DNA from: Bugula neritina
Taxonomy: Eukaryota > Animalia > Bryozoa
Assembly: GCA_964035545.1 (NCBI GenBank)
Contig: OZ037767.1
Location: forward strand, 3,922,707 to 3,986,706
DNA: 64,000 nt
Direction of reading: 5' to 3'
This document shows positions 52,039-64,000 of this stretch, piece by piece. How positions within the stretch are numbered: position 1 is the first letter of the stretch; each line of letters begins with the position of its first letter. The notes below the pieces were generated by a model. The model worked only from the letters and a program-made list of their open reading frames with translations. It did not search any database and was not told the origin of the DNA. Position numbers and translations under genes: made by a program.

Positions 52039-55000
52039 TTAATCGGTTTTCCTTGATTTGTTCTTTACTGTATTCCTTGTGCTACTTGTGCTAGTTTTTG
52101 ACCTGTAATAAGCAACAATATAATAAATTATTGCAATAATATTTACATTATGATATATTATATTGTAGCATATTGTGAATATTAATATAATATAGTACTA
52201 ATATGTACTTACACAGCAAACTAGCTGCTAAAAGTTATGTTTCTTTTAGTTTATCAACATAGTATTTAAAAAAACATATAAATTAAAAGGGATGTGGTAA
52301 GGAGACCCAATGGGTTATTATATTATAATACTATACTACTTCAACAGTGAATATCAGTCAAATATAGATACTATCTGACAATACGTGAGAGACATATAAC
52401 ATAGACTGAGAGACATATAACATAGACTGAGAGACATATAACATAGACTGAGAGACATATAACATAGACTGAGAGACATGTAACATAGACTGAGAGACAT
52501 ATAACATAGACTGAGAGACATATAGACTGAGGGACATATAACATAGACTGAGAGACATATAGACTGAGGGACATATAACATAGACTGAGGGACATATAAC
52601 ATAGACTGAGAGACATATAACATAGACTGAGAGACATATAACATAGACTGAGAGACATATAACATAGACTGAGAGACATATAACATAGACTGAGAGACAT
52701 GTAACATAGACTGAGAGACATATAACATAGACTGAGAGACATATAGACTGAGGGACATATAACATAGACTGAGAGACATATAGACTGAGAGACATATAAC
52801 ATAGACTGAGAGACATATAACATAGACTGAGAGACATATAACATAGACTGAGAGACACCAACCTGGCTTTGACCATGGCTTCCTTCACCACTTCGTCTTC
52901 CCGCACATCATCCACCTCCGTCATCTGCCCAGTCGCTACTTTGAACAGGAAGTAAAGTATGAACTACAATAATGAGACATTACGCTATCACAATGCCCAC
53001 AACAACCATTATTTTCGAAACTGAAACCCTAGTGTGGCACTCAAAAGTTTGCTTAAAAGTACAATACTCGTAGCTATAAAGTTTCCAAACCAATTCCTGT
53101 GAAAAAAGTTCATGTTGAATAAAGAAGACAGTTTTCTCTTACCATAAACCAGTAGATGTTCATTGCTTGTAGAATCCACAGCATAATGTTGAAGAAGAGA
53201 TAAAATGGCAGGTGATTGGTCTGTTGGTGACGAATCATAGAGCTATACCCAGTGCTGTGCAGAACTTTCAAGGGCAACCAATACAGTCTAAACAAGTACC
53301 TACGAACAGGAAGTATAACACTGCAGCTGCACACGCATACAAAAAGCATACAGCTCCAGTCAATGCAGCAAATATAGGCTAACAAAATTTTTCCGTTGCA
53401 AAACAATTCAAATAAATCTGTATAGCAAGACTTTTTGTCATTAAAATACAATACATAGCTAAAGTTTAACACCACCCTCTATTGATAAAGCAGCAAGTAT
53501 CAAATTACAAGTACAGGAGTTGCCTTCTCTATATTTTATAAACAACATTGAGCAGACAACTTCAAATATATAATTAAAACTATAGCACAGGTGTTATGCC
53601 GTTACTACATGCACTTTACACTGCACATAAAGCATAATAAACTAAGCTTGAATTTTGACCTTTAACCTAGTAAAGTACTTTTACACACAAACTGTACACA
53701 ACCAGATGGTATTAAGATTAGTAGTAACTATTAGTGCTCACTAGTAACTGTTAAATTATAAACAGTATAATTAAATTAGTCAAAAACACAAGTGCAAAAA
53801 TATAATAGTAGCTTCAAATACAAGAAAATATAGCTGATGGAAGAGACAGAGTGAGAATAACTCCAACTTCTGAATATGAAGTGTATACTCACATAACCTA
53901 CCAGAAAATAGCGAATACCACAAATCCAACATTAGACATGACTTCATTGAGCCAGTGGAACTGGCCACCCCTACTCTTGAAATATACGTTGACTTTGGTG
54001 AACTCTAAAGCTATGTCGGTGACATCATGAACGAATAGCACCATCAGCCCAATCTTGTGGTACCTGAAAATGTAAGGATTTGGTACACAGAGCAGTCAAG
54101 ACAATACTGATGGGGAAACAACTCCCAAATGGTTTACTTTTCAGTCAATGCTTCAAAAGCAAAATCATGTTCGTTCAGTCTCCTCCACCCCTGTGAGAAC
54201 CCCTGGAGGCAAGTGGTGTACGTGGCACAGGGGCAGTTATGTTCTCTCTCCGTGACACTAGCACTGGACCTGTTAAGATTCGAACTTGAAGTAACCTAAC
54301 CACTGGACCACAGCTGTTCTCTTACGGTTCGGGAGAAATTTGAACATAAATTGAAATAAATAAATATTTTTCAGCTTCAGAAGCCTCTTCTATACATTTG
54401 TTTAGTTTATGGTAACGCATATACATGTATGTGTAAACAATGACAAAACTGTAGCCCTTTTTTCATATTCAAGACAAAATGACTGCCTGCCTATATTCAA
54501 AATTGAATAACCTAGGTTCTAAGACAAGAACAGCTAAAATTCATACTTTTTCATTTAACTATTTCATCAATGAATAAGACCCCAGTCTATTAAAACCCGC
54601 TGGGTAAAGTCTAAACCAAATAAACATACCAGCTATTGTGTTGACAACGCTTGCCAGCTACAAATGAAAGCACTCAGGGTAAACAATAAGGCGTACAACC
54701 TTTATTATAAAAAAAAAACCACTAAGAAAGTTAAACAAAAGTAGACAAACAATTGAAAGAGCAGTGAAAGTGAAGAAAATTGGCCGATCAATTTTGTGTT
54801 TATTCACCCTAACACTTTGGTTAGGAGAAAAGCAGTAGCATAAAGTTGACCTGCTAAACCCATTATCAATCACCGCTGCTCGTGTAATCTAGTAAACCCA
54901 CGGCCTTATCTGAAACTTTGTAGATTGTGTCTAAGATATGAAATTTAGACTTTACATGTAACATAATATAAATAAAACTTAAAATAAGTAGAATTTTATT

Positions 55001-58000
55001 ATACAAAGAGATGTCAAAGTTTACTCTTATCTCGTTGAATGGTGAAACTGGCATCAGATAATAGGATGGCAGCACGCTGGCAGACTTTGATCAGAGTAAG
55101 AAAGTGTGAAGAGACAATGTTAATTGCAATGGAAGAACTCACAGATTGTATAAGGAGCAATGTCAGCCATATCTGTTAAACTTGTGCTCAAAGGTTACTG
55201 GAACGATATACTTTACCACACCGTGGCTAAACAGGGGTTAGAAATAAGGAACTCACTTTAAAGTCTAGACTCTAACTAGTAGTGACTGATGACATTCTTC
55301 AGTTGAATTAAATTAGACACACAAGTACATGTAGACCAGCTATCTGGTTACAGAAAGCCACTATACTGCTAATAAACACAGTCTAAAGTCTAAACTTAAG
55401 TTTGCTACAATAAGTTTTGAAATGAAAATGATGAAGAGATGGGTAGTGGGAGACCTGCCCATACAGTAAACAGATAGAATTTAGCTTAAATTTCAGATAA
55501 TAATAATAAGTTTCAGTAATACTTTGTGCTGACCAAGACTAGATTATTACACATCAAGTCACAGAACTGTTTTCCTAGCAGAGTGTTTTTGTGTCAACCT
55601 GATAGTAATAAATGTGTCAACCTGGTGGTAAGAAATGTGTCAAGCTGATAGTAAGAAATGTTGAGAAAATGTTTTCATCGTTTAGTATAAAATAAAACAA
55701 ATGCTGGCAAAGCATATGGATAGCAGTGAGCAGTCGTTAGTTTATCATAATGATTGATTTATTCTTACAATTTAATTTAAACATGATTAATATACTGCTA
55801 CTCATTATGTAAACATACATTTCTAATACTTGGTTGTACGAATGAAAAAATTATTAGCAGAGAGGATGGCTGAAAAATACTCAACATGTGTGCTTTCATG
55901 TTTGAGTCACAAGTGTTTCCACTGATTTAAAAACACTCCAACCGAATTTTGAATATTTTGAGAGGATCTTTCACCAACAAAATCACAAAGTTTTGACCAT
56001 AATGTTGGCTACCAGTTTACTATAATGCGTCATATCAGCAAAGCAGCCCTGTTTCTCTAAACATGACTGTCACAGCTATAATTAGTTACAGATAATCTAC
56101 AGGTAATCTGTAGGTCACTGGTAGGTTACATGAAAATAATATACAAGTTACTCAGAGATCACTGCTACTGCCAATATAACTGCCAGTTATACTGCTAACT
56201 GTAAACATCCAGCACATACCTGCTTGCGTAAGAGAATCCAATGAGGGAGATGGTGAGGAAGTGGTGGAAGAGCATGAGACCGGTGTCCTTACGCTTGGCA
56301 TCCATGCAGATCGTGCCATAAATGGAATGTACATAGAAAGACAGCTGCAGCATGTACAGTAAGTAGACTTTTGGCTCTATGGGCATCCCAGACTCAAAAT
56401 CTACACAAGATTGCGGCAGACAAATTTTATTTGGATTGATAGAAGGAAGACAACTTGATGCAAGTGAAAAGTTTCAAGTTTTTAGTTCAATTTATTCAAA
56501 GTGAAGTACAAATATTCTCCCAACTTTATACTTTCATACTCAGTGTTTATGTTGCATTTAAATCTTTTACAAGCAAGAATGCAAGTTAAAGCAGAAATAG
56601 ACCAGCTTCCAAATGATTACAACAACATAACAAGTTTTCAAAAATATTAATAAATAAAAATCACAGTTATTAGATATGTGAAAAAATTAGAATGGAGGAG
56701 GGACTTGGTTACTAGGGAAAGTTAATTTTACAACCCTCAACTGTTTGAGGTTACACAAGCAAAAATTATGGTGGCCAGCCTTTAAATTACAAAGTTCAAC
56801 GCACACAATCACTGGAATAATGAACTTTGGAACAACCTAGAGAAATGTACAGACCTTGGACTATAATAGAAGGGCAGTGAGAGGGGAGTAAAATGAAAGT
56901 GGTGGAATGGGAAAAGTGAGATGGGGAAGAGGTTTGGGCTCAAGTTGCACACTTGTAGACTCTAAACTCAAACTAACCAGAAATTACAGGTCAAAAAGTT
57001 GACCTTCACCTGGTCAAGAGAGGTCAACTATTATTGAGAGCATCTCACCATCCCACACAGAGTCTGTGTCATAGTATATATTGTTATATTGAGGTAGTCC
57101 AAATATCACATAGCAGGTAAATGCCCAGGTGTGAATGTATACTAGTAACTTCCATGCACTCTCTGGGTATTTTTTGGCATCTACATTTCTCAGCTGACAC
57201 CAGCTGGCAATGGGCTACAAATTAAGAACAAATCATGAAGATGTGCTAGATAAATCACAATCTAAAACAATTTCCTTGACTTGATTAACTCTAGAGTTTA
57301 ATGAGCACCTGAATTACATGATAAATGGAGTACAAATGCTTAGTGTATGCAAACCAAAGAGCGTAGGCTAAGTAGATTTGATGTTGGGAGATATTGGAAC
57401 ATATTATATATGTGAGTCAATACTAAATGGTACAGTTATTGTATGAGCGAGTATAACACATACTGGGATATTCAGCTATAAAACGTAGAACACAATAGTA
57501 ATGATAATAGAGATTTTTGATGGGATGGGTTAGCGAAGAATGAGAGAATCAGTCAATATATAAACAATAGTTTACACTTTATGACATGAAATATTAATAA
57601 GTATTTAGATAAAGGCAACGAAACATCAATCAGTAACACAAGATGTTCGTACAGCAGACAATATGTAATGCAGTGAATACAAGTTAGCAATCTTTTAGGT
57701 GAAAATAAGATCAATCTAAAGTAATATTGACTGCTATAAGAGTTAGGGCTATAGTATTCTGTGTGTTTACAGAGAGTTTGAGATAATACTGTCATCATAA
57801 CATGTATAGAATCTGTCAACTACCAAGTCTACAAGTAACCATTATTTACTAAAACCTTGAACTTATAATTCTGTGAATCACAGAATCTTATTTAGTTAAA
57901 CACTAGAATAGTGGAAAGTCAAATTGCATGCTAGTTCACTTCTACATTGACCAAGTAAATCAGCTAATACACTGCTACTGCTGCTGCTGCTGCAGAGGTG

Positions 58001-59759
58001 ACCATCAAAGACCAGTCTTTTGTTAGTACAGTTCAAGTACATACAAGTTTAAGAATAATTATATTGTAGACTGAGAAAATTATTGACGAAAACTATTATG
58101 CTGAGGTTATTGACCAGGCCTACATTCACCTACTAATGTAGACTAAGACCATAATTTATTGTTGGGGGAAATAGTTAGGACATTTACCGATTATAAGTTG
58201 AGATATTAACAACATAGCAAAAGCAATTTGTCAAAGCATAGTGCTAAAACTAACTCTACTAATCTATTTATAATGAGAAACGTAACATAATTACACCTTT
58301 TATTCAACAATATTAATCTGATGTAATCAAATATGAGTGAGATCAAAAAGACATTAATAGTTTTCAAAAAACATTCTCAACCAGCATAACTAATACCTGT
58401 GGTGAATTGTGGCGTAGTTAATACTGTGGCTAGACTACCAACAAACTACAAGTTAGTTGCAATCATAACAAACTATGCTCTACTACTAAACTTGTTGATC
58501 TATGGAGTGTAAAATTTAGGTTTAGTAACAGCACGAGTTATGAGTGAGTTATCAGTATGAGTTAGAAATAAAATAGTATTAGTAAAAAAAGAAGATAAAT
58601 TAAAATTTATATTTAAATTGAATAAAATTTAACAAAATATATAACATCTGTTTTTATTTTAACTATATTACTAGTATAATTAATAGTAGCAATAAATAAA
58701 ATACCTCATATCAACTGTAACACAGTACAATAGAACTAATAAAAATAAATCATAAATGTGCCTAGCTATTCCTATACAAGTTGTAATAAAAATTACTAGC
58801 TAATGTTACTTAGAAAACTTTGTAAATTTTAAAATGATTTTAATGAATCATTATATTATAAAGATCAAATTTTACATCCTAGACCTCGAGCATGTACTTA
58901 GCTTTCACTTTGAATTCACGATCGTAACATCATAATTAAGTCATGATTATTAATATTATAATCAGCCAAAATGAAGATTCCCATAAGTCAGTACAGTACT
59001 TTATCTTGAAATCTAATCAGTAATAATCATAATCATAATCATAATCATAATGTTTAACTTTATCATATTGCAATTATTTATATTTTCATTTTGCCTATCA
59101 ATAACTATAAGTAATTATTACCATAACAAGAATTAGCATTGGTACTGGTACGAGATATATCTTTAGAGTAGAAGTCGCACCCTCACAATCAGTATTGGCT
59201 ATTGTTATCGTTAACAATTAAATACATGAATGCCACTATTAAATTTAATATCACTATGTACTTGTAGTATGACTATATACTAATACTCACGCCATATTCT
59301 TAAACTTGAGTAATACTAATAACTTGTACTTATAAGTATAACTTTAACTAATAAACTTTAAGTCAATAACTAATAAATAATAACTTTAGGTTTAAGTAAA
59401 CTTAAAATTAAATCGCTTAAACTTAAAGTTATTAATATTGAATTTGATAATCCATACTCAATCTGAATACTCTTTAGGAGTAGGTTTACGTAAATTATTA
59501 AACATACCTGAAATACAGCAAAGGTTAACGCATATCGTAAGATTGTCCATAAAACTGCCAATCCAACAATGACAGCTAAATCCCAAACTTCAAAATAGGG
59601 TAAAGCATATTTTTGCAAGTCTTTAGAAAATGTTTGAGGGGAGAAATCGTTTACATTTGAGTACCAATATTCTAAGCCCCATTTTATATCATAACATGTT
59701 TGCGTATATGAAGGAACGCCATTTGTGGCAAAAGAGTAAAACCCGCTTATATATTCCAT
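52039..59759 (-). CDS. CERS1: Ceramide synthase 1 (LAG1/TLC domain, no homeobox), 360 aa
   Basis: Exons 59759-59508, 57214-57049 (DAKKYPESAWKLLVY), 56400-56220 (RKDTGLMLFHHFLTISLIGFSY), 54063-53902 (YHKIGLMVLFVHDVTDIALEFTKVNVY), 53299-53143 (WYLFRLYWLPLKVL...MNIYWF), 52963-52863 (KVATGQMTEVDDVRE) and 52102-52039. 1,083 nt. The Lag1p motif HH and HD residues are intact, and the motifs match the CerS1 type. Confidence 0.93.
52386..52857. repeat. 21-bp minisatellite (gagagacatataacatagact) with 14-bp deletion variants, CERS1 last intron
   Basis: More than 20 near-identical copies starting a few bases from the exon 6 donor. Source of the three repetitive minus-strand ORFs. Confidence 0.95.
54150..54319 (-). 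mobile_element. Degenerate tRNA-derived SINE-like element in a CERS1 intron
   Basis: Minus strand GAACAGCTGTGGTCCAGTGGTTAGG...GTTCGAATC (A and B boxes). The head resembles the element at 30373 (GAGCAGCCGTGGTCTAGGGGTTA). Confidence 0.45.
55590..55660. repeat. Three copies of a 23-bp unit (gtgtcaacctgatagtaagaaat)
   Basis: Directly visible. Confidence 0.75.
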
Positions 59760-60976
59760 TTATGAAAAGTATGCGGCTCCTTCAACTCATCAAGAGGAGT
59801 TTCAGTTTGATTCTGTTGGTAAGAAAAATTGAACTTCCCAACAACCTTAGTCTAATATCTATAAAATTATCTGTAACAAGGTTGTTGTAAACATGTAGTA
59901 CAACTTATTTGCGTGCATGTTTATTACTACGCAAGTTAAGAAGTTGTAAAATTTATTATTTTAGTCAAACAACTCCAAATATACCTACAACTCCATTCGC
60001 AGCGCTGAAAACCATTCCAATTAATATCAGCGCCTTTTAAAATTGTAGAGAGATGATAAATCTGCGTTTATATTGACCTTTATTGCAAATTGCTGTTTTC
60101 AGACAGCTATAATTATAATAAAAATACGTTTTAGTTATTATTAAGCAATTCAACAATAAAATAATTATTAGCAACTATTTGAATTTTAGCCACTGGCACA
60201 TACAGGTGAGATAAATATGTTTTAATATACATGTATATCATGGTTATGCTCATATCTGCTTTTTATTTATCAACTGTAATGATTTTGCAAAGCATCTATA
60301 TTTGTGATCTTATTTTATTAGCATTATTTTGACACCTGTGCAATAAAAATGTTAATGTTTTCAAAATATGATGTTGAGAAATTCCCTAACTAGAAGTGAT
60401 TTATACATTCTTCCTATTTACTGACTGGTAATTTTAACCCGCCTTGTACTGTCACCTATAGAGCAAAACTTTCAGTATATCATGTAAGAGTAAGCAAAAT
60501 GTTATACTCTAATTTGTATATACTTCGAATAAATTCTCGTATAATATGCTTTTGTATCTAATTTGGGATAATATATAATTTTGCATAATATAATATTCTG
60601 ATAATATAGAGCTTCATCTAATATTAACAATTATTTAATATAATTATTATTTATATAGAAAAGAATAATCACAACTCTTTATTTTCTATTTAATGAAATA
60701 AAAACTATAATTGTATATATGACGCTATAATAGGCTTTATAAAGTAAAACCTTGATACTAGCTAATAAACTGTTTCTACATATTGCAATGATCTGTCCAT
60801 CAGTATGCCGTTGTTAGATACAAAGGCATGCATACCAAGAGTTATCTATAAGCCACGTAGCATTTCAAAGTCGATCCTAAACTGAATATAAAAATTTTAG
60901 GGCTTATAGCTGACCAAGCCTTGTTTTTAATGTTCAATTGAGCATTAAATACAAGCAATCCTATAAGCTTTTGCTT

Positions 60977-63690
60977 CTACATTACAACACATTTGTCTTT
61001 CATAGAATCCACTGGTGCACTCTTAGTTCTGTGTAAGGAGTTGCTCTAAAAATAACAAAGTAAAGCTGTGTGGCAGTTTATACTTTGCAAAATAATAGCC
61101 ATATGTGCTTAAAAATTATCTGAATGAAATAGAATTTAAAAAATAATCATGAACTATGCAATAACAGCTGCTAATAAATCACAAAAAGGTACACAGTAAT
61201 TTAAATGGTATAGTAAATAGTTATATGTATGGTTTAATAGGGAATAATAATGTAAAGATTCTTACTCGTCGTAATGTTGATTTGTGAGTACAATGCTTAT
61301 CACATCCTGCTTTTAACTTATTGCTGTCACTTTTACTTTTATGAGCTGTTTTTTCTGCAACAGAATTATAATTAATTTACGTAATATGCTTTCTATTCAA
61401 ACTTATTATGATAGTTAAGTGATCTACATAATGATATATTGTGATACACTTTTATTGTTCTATATTATGACATACACATGCACATCCTGATAAACAAATA
61501 GTTATTCTTTGACAAAGTAATGTATATAAAATTATTATAAATCTTTGCACATAAGTTTTTGAAATATAAACTAGAAATAAATAGATTTTCACTAACCCTG
61601 GCGCATTTTCTTATGTGTTCTCTTCTGAGCATCTGACACCCACCTGGCAGTGCTTGAAGATGAGCACCTTGCAGACCTGCCACCTCTTTCTACAGAATAA
61701 TATAATTAATGAAGCCTTAAATAGAACTAAGTTTGAAGATCTCCAGTTTAAAAAGTTATATTTAAGCAAAGTTAGAGTTCATGAAATTACATTGTGACAA
61801 TTTGTGAGAATATGACATGCATTGACAACATGAAGCTAGAAATATTGCACCAGGCTAACTTAAGACACCTAATTTTATATTTAAACCCACCTATATAGAC
61901 TTACATTTCAAAAACTGATCTTCATGTATGACACCTAAATTTTGATTGTAAGATTTCTGCAAAATTTAAAACTTATGATTCATATGTTTGCTCAAAGTTA
62001 TTATCTTACTACGTTCTCGCGATGCAATGGATGTCCCAGAGTTGGAATTTATTGTAGTCTTAGATATCGATTTTGACTTTTGGCAAGAAGGGCGGGTACT
62101 TGAACGCCTCCTATTTATTTGATGATTGCTGACACTTTTCCATAAGTCTGTTAGCTACATTAACATGGAATTGTATAACTGTGATGATAATTCGTACAAT
62201 TTCAAAACCCTATAGTACCTGTTTTCAAAGTAATTCACATTGAAAAAAAAACTATGCAGACTGCATGCAACTGGAACGGCTCTTTTTAAAGCAAAATGTG
62301 GCTGATTTCTAATAAACATATAAGAAACATTTTTGAAACGAAATGGAACTTTAATAGAAATTATATATGTCACACCTACCATTGAAGCAACGCTCCTTGG
62401 AGATTTCCCAGAGGATAAAATTGACGCAGCGGATTGTGATAATGCAGGTAGTGAACTGAGAAAATTACAAAACAACTTTGCATGTTTTATCAATATATTA
62501 TAATATATACTTTAATATAAAAATATGCCAATTTCTTTAATGTATTTTATTCATGTTTATCGCACAATAAAATAATTTAAATGTTAAGTGTGTTAAATGT
62601 TATTATATATTATTTGCTTCACTGCACTAACTGAAAATAACAGTACTAATATTAATGCCACAAGATACTATCTTTAACATCACGACTTCTCTGTTTAAAA
62701 ATACAAAGATTTTGTACTCTGAAGTTTGAATTAAAAAAAAATTTGCAAGTAATTGCTGTATATATAATATTACGTCACCATTATCTTCATTTAACCTAGA
62801 TTGAGAGCATAAATAACTGATTACCCTAAAGAAGTTTACAGAGTTTAAAATTTAAATGAACAACTCTGTAGTTACAGCTTGACTTTGAACATATGGCATT
62901 GAGCATGAAGCATTGTCATTGCTTGCTTGGCAAAATAGTTTATGTAATTATTAATATAAATAGATAGTAACTTAATAGTCTAGTCACTCTAGAGCCTAGA
63001 GTCTAGAATGTATATAGGTATTAAATCTTTTTCCTAAAATATTGAAGTTTACTGACATAGGGTACTTTGCAAAATATGCTGATATAGTGACTTCAATTCT
63101 ATTTACAAACAAACAATGCAAAATATGTTGCTATTCAAGCTTGTCAAAACTATTATAATATATATACGTAATATAGAATTATTACATAGTTATATATATA
63201 ATATATTGTTTCATAGTTACCTTCTCCTGCTAGAAGCTCTCCTTTGACAAGATGGATCACTTCTGCTTTTTGCTAAACTTATTGTACTTCTACTTTTTCT
63301 TCCAGCTTTACTTATTCCAAGCCGTCGTCTTTAAGAGAAATACATTTCATAATTATAACAAGTATTCCTAATTGTCAAACTTCATAACATAACATAAGTA
63401 CCTATGCTATAGTGTAGTAGCACTAAAGCATACCCACACGCACGCGCACGCATACACACGCACACACGCACACACGCACACACGCACACACGCACACACG
63501 TAATAACTGACCTGTGAAGAATACACCGAAGCTCTTCTGTATTGTTCTCTACTTTACAACGAGATTGTAAAAGTTTGAATGTGTCGAGGTCAACTGGCTT
63601 CAACCGTAGCAACTCATTCAGATGTGTAAAGCATCTGTATTTACAGCGATATTTTACTATTGCATGGACTGCCTTTGTGGGAACTTTAAG
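60977..63690 (-). CDS. 3' part (252 aa) of a protein with a ComEA/HHH_3-like helix-hairpin-helix motif, a basic Ser/Arg/Lys-rich tail and a C-terminal CaaX box; 5' exons not found in the window
   Basis: Exons 63690-63512 (LKVPTKAVHAIVKYRCKYRCFTHLNELLRLKPVDLDTFKLLQSRCKV), 63328-63221, 62455-62380, 62154-62010, 61689-61597, 61354-61266 and 61045-60977 (SNSLHRTKSAPVDSMKDKCVVM*). All introns GT-AG with compatible phases, 759 nt. Confidence 0.75.
63435..63500. repeat. (CA/CG)n-type microsatellite (cacacg units)
   Basis: Directly visible next to the donor of the HhH exon. Confidence 0.85.
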
Positions 63691-64000
63691 CTGAAAACAT
63701 TCCAAAAATATTTTAATACTTTTAAAGCAATATTCCTTTGCAGCAATCGTATGACAGCAATAAAACAATTTCAAATATTAAAATGAAATGCTAAGCGCAT
63801 GCCTGATTGGACACCATTTTTATAATATGTCATTATTTAAAAAGCACTGTTGGTATGCTTTTTTTCACAAGATCAAAAGTTTATTGTTAGCATTGGCACT
63901 TTTTATTTAATATGAAAATAGTTTCATTGCCTTCATGAAATATACGTTTGTGAAACAGATACAAAATGCAAATAAAATATTTGGAAAACAAAAAAACTTT

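Noticed and set aside
51092-52039. GDF1-like second cistron downstream of CERS1, as in mammals
   Set aside because: The ~950 bp after the CERS1 stop is AT-rich with no TGF-beta-like ORF and runs tail-to-tail into the EGF gene.
52354-52924. Three repetitive ORFs (MSLSLCY, LYVSQSM, SVYVICL)
   Set aside because: They are frames of a 21-bp minisatellite in a CERS1 intron. It is not a CRISPR array either, since there are no unique spacers.
62219-62308. Extra exon in the HhH-CaaX gene suggested by ORF 62155-62493
   Set aside because: Joining it in the required phase introduces a stop; the flanking exons splice in frame without it.

Overview
AT-rich, intron-containing animal (invertebrate-type) genomic DNA; the species cannot be determined from the sequence. 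Splicing the exons by hand gave eight gene models whose exon phases all add up to open frames. On the + strand: (1) a 124-aa orphan two-TM protein (3471-4469); (2-4) three tandem alpha-arrestin-like paralogues (5753-7833 N-domain only, 10598-13597, 15258-18220), none with a PPxY tail; (5) a secreted 315-aa protein with about 10 Lys-Gly repeats rich in Ala/Tyr/Met/Pro, a Ser-Gly site and a C-terminal Kunitz domain (21237-25508); (6) a 28-exon, ~3,780-aa secreted EGF-repeat protein with a His- and Tyr/Lys-rich N-terminus, one 6.36-kb exon of alternating EGF types and a chitin-binding-like C-terminus (28071-51092). On the - strand: (7) ceramide synthase 1 (59759-52039); (8) the 3' part of a gene combining a ComEA-like helix-hairpin-helix motif, a long basic Ser/Arg/Lys tail and a C-terminal CaaX box (63690-60977). 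Non-coding parts hold non-autonomous DNA transposons (TA- and TTAA-flanked), tRNA-derived SINE-like elements, long palindromes and mini/microsatellites. The best candidates for undescribed biology are the adjacent KG-Kunitz plus giant EGF pair (possible adhesive or cuticle matrix locus) and the CaaX-ending HhH protein. All models are manual and unverified by transcripts or database searches.
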